In this document: one piece after another, positions 59,110-64,000 of the stretch
How positions within the stretch are numbered: the first letter of the stretch is position 1
Layout: each line of letters begins with the position of its first letter
Assembly (NCBI GenBank): GCA_016931955.1
Contig: JAFGDV010000012.1
Coordinates: 32,001 to 96,000, forward strand
From: Candidatus Altiarchaeota archaeon
GTDB taxonomy: Archaea > Altiarchaeota > Altiarchaeia > IMC4 > QMZM01
Direction: 5' to 3'
DNA length: 64,000 bases
The notes under the pieces: model-generated
Databases searched by the model: none
What the model was told of the DNA's origin: nothing
The model's input: the letters and a program-made list of their open reading frames with translations, nothing else
Position numbers and translations under genes: made by a program

Positions 59110-59658
59110 ATGAGAGTAAAATTCGCGACCTCCAACAGGCACAAGGTCCAGGAAGGCAACGTCGTCGGCGGAGAGTATGGTATAGAGTTCATCCAGTTGA
59201 AGGAACCCTATCCTGAGATAAGGGACGACGACGTCAGGGAAGTTGCGAGAGAAGGTGCTGGATTCGTCTACGATAAGGTTAAGTTTCCAGTGATAGTGGA
59301 AGACACCGGCTTATTCATCGAGTCCTTGAAGGGATTCCCCGGATCCTATTCCGCCTTCGTCTACGGTAAGATCGGATGCGAGGGCATATTAAGGCTTCTA
59401 TCAGGGATAGAAGACAGGAAAGCATGGTTCACCTCAGCCATAGGATTCTGCGATGAGTCCGGTGTCCGGATCTTTGTGGGAGAAGCCCGGGGAACGATCT
59501 CTGAGGAAGCCAGGGGAAATGCAGGATTCGGGTATGATCCAATCTTTGTTCCTGGAGGCTACGAGAAAACGTTCGCCGAAGACCCTCAACTGAAGAACCA
59601 GGTCTCACACCGTAGGAAGGCGTTCCAGAAATTCTGTCAGTGGATCAGTAGTAGGTGA
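59110..59658 (+). CDS. rdgB: Non-canonical purine NTP pyrophosphatase (RdgB/HAM1)
   Basis: ATSN..K, VEDTGLFI..L.GFPG.YS, GFGYDPIF and SHR motifs. Confidence 0.95.
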   Translation: MRVKFATSNRHKVQEGNVVGGEYGIEFIQLKEPYPEIRDDDVREVAREGAGFVYDKVKFPVIVEDTGLFIESLKGFPGSYSAFVYGKIGCEGILRLLSGIEDRKAWFTSAIGFCDESGVRIFVGEARGTISEEARGNAGFGYDPIFVPGGYEKTFAEDPQLKNQVSHRRKAFQKFCQWISSR

Positions 59659-59690
59659 GGGAGACTATGTATTGCTGCTAAGCGATTTGG

Positions 59691-59876
59691 TCGAGCTTTT
59701 CTAAAGCTCGAGGGTGAACCTTTAGCAAAGGTTGCTGGCGGATGGATCGGTAACAGGTGAATCTGCGGAAGCAGATTCCATTCTTTTTCGCCAATGTTTT
59801 CCGTCAAAACTGCTGTAGCAGTTTTGGGCGCCAAAATCGGAGATTTTGAGTGTCTTTCTAGGAAAAAGGTTGCTGG
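59691..59876. other. Intergenic array of five short perfect hairpins (candidate ncRNA or REP-like element)
   Basis: Stems at 59691-711, 59717-733, 59759-778, 59805-826 and 59832-848; direct repeat AAAGGTTGCTGG at 59727 and 59865. Confidence 0.6.
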
Positions 59877-60027
59877 TAGTGCCTAACTGGGAGAGTATAT
59901 CAATATATTTATATATCAATATAGTTTCATATAACTACATTTACATACTGAAGTAGAACTATGATAGCATACTAGCATATCCACATATCAACATAATTCT
60001 ATATGACCATATCTGCATGTCAAGGGT

Positions 60028-61299
60028 TCAGACTTGTTCGCCGCCTAGGACGTATATTTGTTCGCCGAACTGCAGCACGTTCAGTGAGATGTTCACCTTA
60101 TCGCCTACTTCGGTGTCAGCCTTCAATAGTGCGCTGAAGTTCTCGTTGTTTGGTACCATGACCACTTGGTTGCTGATGACTACCTTAGATGGCAGTATGA
60201 CGTATCCCGTCTTGCTGAAGGAGGCATTCGTCATGCCCGCGTTTTTTAGTGTTTCCCCTATTTCCATGAGGTCTGATTCCTTTGAAGCCGTGAACATGAT
60301 ACCCCCAGGGTTCAGGGAATAGTTCACCCCCACAGCAGCCAGGATCTCCTTAACCCCTGAGTGAGATTTGTTGGCGTATATTATCGTCCTATTGTCTGAG
60401 TGCGAAGCCGACACCCCCTCAAGTCTATTTACCCTCTCGAGGGTTTCGTTGTCTATTGTCTTGTTCACCATGAACCTTGGCGGCATTACCTCGACCTCCG
60501 TTGCCTGCAGCCCGGAGAGCATCTCAGGATGGAAGTCCGATTCTATGACTGCCTGCGCTAGTATCCCTGTTATGTTTATTGCTTCTGCGTTAACGACTTG
60601 GCCTGAAGGGACCCTCTCACTAACGAAGCCGAGCACTCCGCTAAAGAAGCCCTCTTTTGTTTTCATGAGTGGGAAGGCCAGGAAGTATTCCCCCACCCGG
60701 GTATCGAAGCTGCATGGTATGTAGGCTGTGTCGGTTCCAGGACCTGAGATATTCACTGGCAGGGTGCCGATGCATGCCCTCATGAAGTCGTGGTTGCCTC
60801 TCCCAACATTTGAGTCCATTATCTTCTTCAATGTAAGCGTCTGGTTTTCATCAACCTCGTCGAATATGAACCTGCATAGTAGGTAGGTCCCTGACAGGAA
60901 ACGCTCTCCAGTGTAGGGGTTCTCCACTATTTGTGGATTACCCACTTCGATGATTATCTCCTTAAGCCCTGGGAGTGATGTGTTCTGGATAGCCTCTATC
61001 GTGTCGAATTCGACGGCTGCTGTGATCCTCGAGATCAGCTCGGGTCTTACTTCCCTGATCGATGTGAGTATGGTAGAATTGAATATCTCTTCAACAGTGT
61101 AGGCATCCACTTCTGGGAAGCTGGATTCCCCCCCAGAGGAGGTTCTGTCGGAGAGGAACAGTATAGACAAGGCTGACAACAGCATGACGCCTATGATGAC
61201 ATAGATCAGTATATTTGAGCCTTTCTTTCCCTCCTTCTGCTTTGAGCCTTTCTTCTCCTCCTGCTGCGTCGCCCTGAACTTTTTCTTCTTTTTCGCCAT
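60028..61299 (-). CDS. Hypothetical membrane-anchored extracellular protein
   Basis: Lys-rich N-terminus, single TM helix, many N-x-S/T sequons; 423 aa. Confidence 0.75.
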   Translation of the reverse strand: MAKKKKKFRATQQEEKKGSKQKEGKKGSNILIYVIIGVMLLSALSILFLSDRTSSGGESSFPEVDAYTVEEIFNSTILTSIREVRPELISRITAAVEFDTIEAIQNTSLPGLKEIIIEVGNPQIVENPYTGERFLSGTYLLCRFIFDEVDENQTLTLKKIMDSNVGRGNHDFMRACIGTLPVNISGPGTDTAYIPCSFDTRVGEYFLAFPLMKTKEGFFSGVLGFVSERVPSGQVVNAEAINITGILAQAVIESDFHPEMLSGLQATEVEVMPPRFMVNKTIDNETLERVNRLEGVSASHSDNRTIIYANKSHSGVKEILAAVGVNYSLNPGGIMFTASKESDLMEIGETLKNAGMTNASFSKTGYVILPSKVVISNQVVMVPNNENFSALLKADTEVGDKVNISLNVLQFGEQIYVLGGEQV

Positions 61300-61344
61300 T
61301 CTACGGTTGTTAAGTTATTAATTTTAAATGATAAATCATTAAAA

Positions 61345-62019
61345 ATGGCTGAGTTTATCAAGATATCATACACGGGCAGCTTGGATGATGGGCGAGTATT
61401 CGATACGACAAGCGAGGAAGTGGCTAAAAAGGAGGGCATCTACGACGAAAAAAGGGTCTATGGTTTCCTCTATATGATAGTCGGCGAGGGGCAGGTCATC
61501 AAAGGACTTGATGAAGCCTTAAAGGATATGAAGGTGGGTGAAGAGAAAACCGTCAAGATCCCGCCAGAAAAAGCCTACGGTAAACGGAATCCTGAACTCA
61601 TCAGGATCGTTCCATTAAAGAAGTTCAAGGAACAGAAGATAAACCCGATACCTGGAATGCCAATCGACATCGATGGCCAGATTGCCCGGGTTCAGACCGT
61701 CGCCGGCGGACGGGTCAGAGTCGACTTCAACCATGAACTGGCTGGCAGAACCCTCACATTTAACGCCAAGGTTGAGGTAAAAGCTGAGACAGAAGACGAC
61801 AAAGTGAAGTTCCTATTAGAGAAGAACTTCAACAAAGTAGAGGGCTTCAACTCGAAGGTGGATGGTCAGGAGTTATCTGTTACAATACCTGAGAAAGCCT
61901 ACAAGGACAGGAATCTATTGCTGAGGAAGGCTGCGTTCTCGGCAGAAGCCTTCAAACACCTCAACATTGGCAAGATAACCTTCTGTGAGGTCTGGGGGAA
62001 ACCTGAAAAGAAAAAATGA
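61345..62019 (+). CDS. FKBP-type peptidyl-prolyl isomerase (long archaeal SlyD-like)
   Basis: YTG...DG.VFDTT, VIKGLDEAL, PPEKAYG and GGRVRVDFNH.LAG motifs. Confidence 0.95.
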   Translation: MAEFIKISYTGSLDDGRVFDTTSEEVAKKEGIYDEKRVYGFLYMIVGEGQVIKGLDEALKDMKVGEEKTVKIPPEKAYGKRNPELIRIVPLKKFKEQKINPIPGMPIDIDGQIARVQTVAGGRVRVDFNHELAGRTLTFNAKVEVKAETEDDKVKFLLEKNFNKVEGFNSKVDGQELSVTIPEKAYKDRNLLLRKAAFSAEAFKHLNIGKITFCEVWGKPEKKK

Positions 62020-62885
62020 TCGGTGCCGCTCAGAGAGAGATCCTGGAAGTCCTAATCGAGTTATACGACAAAAAAAAGGACTCCATTAAGGGCGAAGACA
62101 TATCCCAGGTTCTCAAGAGGTCTCCTGGGACCATACGGAACCAGATGCAGACCCTCCGCGCACTGGGCTACGTCGACGGCGTACCAGGCCCCAAGGGAGG
62201 CTACACTCCCTCAATGAAGGCCTATCAAGTGCTTGGCATAGAACCTGTTGAGAAACCACACGACGTTCCCCTCTATAAAGAGGGTGTGAGGATCGAAGGG
62301 GTATCGGCACACAAGATACTCTTCATGAAGGTCACGCACCCAAGCGAATGCCGGGCGGTGATAAGCATCCTCGGCGACACCCGTAAGATGGAGGACGGAG
62401 ACGTTATAACGATCGGGCCGACACCCGTGAACCACGTCATCATAAAGGGCAAAGTGACTGGCAGAGACGACGTTAAAAGGGAGATAATGGTGGACACATA
62501 CAGCATCACAAGCATACCCAAGGGCAAGGTGTGCGACATCGCAACAAGAAAGCTCATAAGCCTCAGATCAGACATGGATATAAAGGAATGCGGCAAGACT
62601 CTACTAGCGAATAGAATCAACGCAGCCCCAATAATCGACGACGAACGGCTTAAGGGGATAGTAACCGTCGAAGAGATCGTCAGGGCGATAACCAACGACA
62701 AGAAGAACATCAAAGCGAAGGACATAGCAATAAGGGACATCTTCACCATCGGCAAAGAATCCAAGCTGCTCACCTGCATAAAAAAGATGGAAAAACTAGA
62801 CGTTGGGCGGTTGATTGTCACAGATGAGGGAAGACCCGTCGGCATAATAACCAGGACAGACATCCTCCAGAGGATGGTGAAGTGA
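62016..62885 (+). CDS. HTH + CBS transcriptional regulator (COG2524-like)
   Basis: IKGEDI....RSPGTIRNQMQ.L..LG.V.GVPGPKGGY, IGPTPVN and a C-terminal CBS pair. Confidence 0.85.
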   Translation: MIGAAQREILEVLIELYDKKKDSIKGEDISQVLKRSPGTIRNQMQTLRALGYVDGVPGPKGGYTPSMKAYQVLGIEPVEKPHDVPLYKEGVRIEGVSAHKILFMKVTHPSECRAVISILGDTRKMEDGDVITIGPTPVNHVIIKGKVTGRDDVKREIMVDTYSITSIPKGKVCDIATRKLISLRSDMDIKECGKTLLANRINAAPIIDDERLKGIVTVEEIVRAITNDKKNIKAKDIAIRDIFTIGKESKLLTCIKKMEKLDVGRLIVTDEGRPVGIITRTDILQRMVK

Positions 62886-63025
62886 GCTGGGGAAACCAAG
62901 ATTACCATACCCTCTTGTAATCATTCTCACAATAGTCTTCGGGGTCCACAGCTTGTCTCTTCTGAGCCCGTATCCCCCACTGGATCTCATTTTTAGTCTC
63001 CCGGATAAATTAAATACAGAAAGAG

Positions 63026-63700
63026 ATGAAAAAACTGTTTATCCCAGCCTATCTGAGAAAGAATCCTCTGCCAGCGGTTGAAAAAGCATTGAGTCTCATA
63101 CAGGGATATGAGAGGATCGGTTTGCTGACCACCAGCCAACACCTGAACCAGCTTGATTCAGTCAGCGAATTCCTGGAAAAAAAGGGCAAGAAAGCGTTGA
63201 TCGGTGGCCAGATACTGGGCTGCGACATAGAAAATGCCGCTAAGATCGAAGAACAAGTCGACTGTTTTTTATACATCGGCTCAGGCAGATTCCATCCCCT
63301 GGGGGTGGCATTGAAGACGGATAAGCCAGTAGTGGTCTCCAACCCCTACTCGGATTCCGCCAACATGATAACCGAGGATGAGAAACAGAAATACCTGAAG
63401 AAGAGGAAGGGCAGACTGTTGAAGGCCCTTCAAGCAGAGGTTTTTGGAGTGATTGTCTCAACCAAAAGCGGACAGTTCAGCCTCGAAAAAGCATTGAGGA
63501 TAAAGGAGAGGCTCGAAGATAGGGGCAAAAAGGCCTTCATATTCGCCGGCTCAGAGATCAATCCGGGAAACCTGCTGCCCTTCAAAGTGGATGCGTGGAT
63601 CAACACAGCATGTCCTCGTTTAGTGGACGACCACTTCAGTAAACCGATACTGAATCCAGAAGAATTAGACACGCTTGAGGAACTGCTTAGAGGAACCTGA
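63026..63700 (+). CDS. dph2: Diphthamide biosynthesis enzyme Dph2 (short form)
   Basis: T.QH, GQILGC, GSGRFH, STK.GQ and NTACPR..DD motifs. Confidence 0.9.
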   Translation: MKKLFIPAYLRKNPLPAVEKALSLIQGYERIGLLTTSQHLNQLDSVSEFLEKKGKKALIGGQILGCDIENAAKIEEQVDCFLYIGSGRFHPLGVALKTDKPVVVSNPYSDSANMITEDEKQKYLKKRKGRLLKALQAEVFGVIVSTKSGQFSLEKALRIKERLEDRGKKAFIFAGSEINPGNLLPFKVDAWINTACPRLVDDHFSKPILNPEELDTLEELLRGT

Positions 63701-64000
63701 TCTCCCCTGGAAGCTCACCCAATCTTTTCCTGAACCCCTTAGGCCAGTTTTCAGGGTCAAGGCCTTTCTGGGCTGTGAATGCTGCAAGCCATCTCTCCAA
63801 TCCTATGCCAGTGCAGCCCGAATAAAGTTCACCCCCTTGAGCCTTCACATTGAAGCCCTTTGGATATTTGTCCCCATTATTTGAGGCATTCTGGAACTCC
63901 AGCCACTCAGATTCCTCACGTGAACCCTTATAGGGCATGTATGCTTCAAAGTCTATCGTCCCTATCTTCTTTTCTTCGTCGGCTATTCCAACCATGCCCT
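63687..64000 (-). CDS. serS: Seryl-tRNA synthetase, methanogen-type, C-terminal part (5' truncated by window edge)
   Basis: [19 protein letters not shown]...SGC.G.GLERW..AF.AQKGLDP.NWP..F. Confidence 0.85.
   Translation of the reverse strand, partial: GMVGIADEEKKIGTIDFEAYMPYKGSREESEWLEFQNASNNGDKYPKGFNVKAQGGELYSGCTGIGLERWLAAFTAQKGLDPENWPKGFRKRLGELPGEIRFL

Noticed and set aside
59637-59919. Two 65-aa minus-strand ORFs across the hairpin array
   Set aside because: No recognisable motif, non-ATG or weak starts, and they run through palindromes; cannot be fully excluded
62796-62990. 64-aa minus-strand ORF, considered as a small ribosomal protein
   Set aside because: No match to L40e, L41e or S30e patterns, and it overlaps the CBS regulator 3' end

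Overview
Archaeal chromosomal segment (TFB, GINS, RadB, Dph2, geranylgeranyl reductase, Mch, CdhD/CdhE, methanogen-type SerRS). The gene set is compatible with an Altiarchaeota-like anaerobic autotroph; this assignment is inference. Three blocks are visible. (1) 1-23.8 kb: an AT-rich surface-glycan cluster with about 12 glycosyltransferases, 2 flippases, WecB, 2 deacetylase-like proteins, 2 acyltransferases, an ATP-grasp ligase and a CapK-like ligase. (2) 24-40.3 kb: a large Cys-rich surface protein, then a variable locus holding five diverged COG1373-type AAA+/DUF4143 ATPases, an AbiE-type toxin-antitoxin pair and an MNT-HEPN pair with a broken toxin. The most striking observation is that these modules are separated by duplicated, decayed 3' ends of neighbouring genes: three remnants of the dolichol-P-mannose synthase end, a 53-bp duplication of the metF end, orphan ATPase 3' ends and a duplicated promoter. 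No integrase or transposase is present, and the region shows a strong patchy strand-specific A/C versus G/T skew. Together this looks like an integrase-less cassette-accretion locus. (3) 40.4-64 kb: Wood-Ljungdahl-related and housekeeping genes, with an unexplained array of five short hairpins at 59.69-59.85 kb. No tRNA, rRNA or CRISPR array was recognised.
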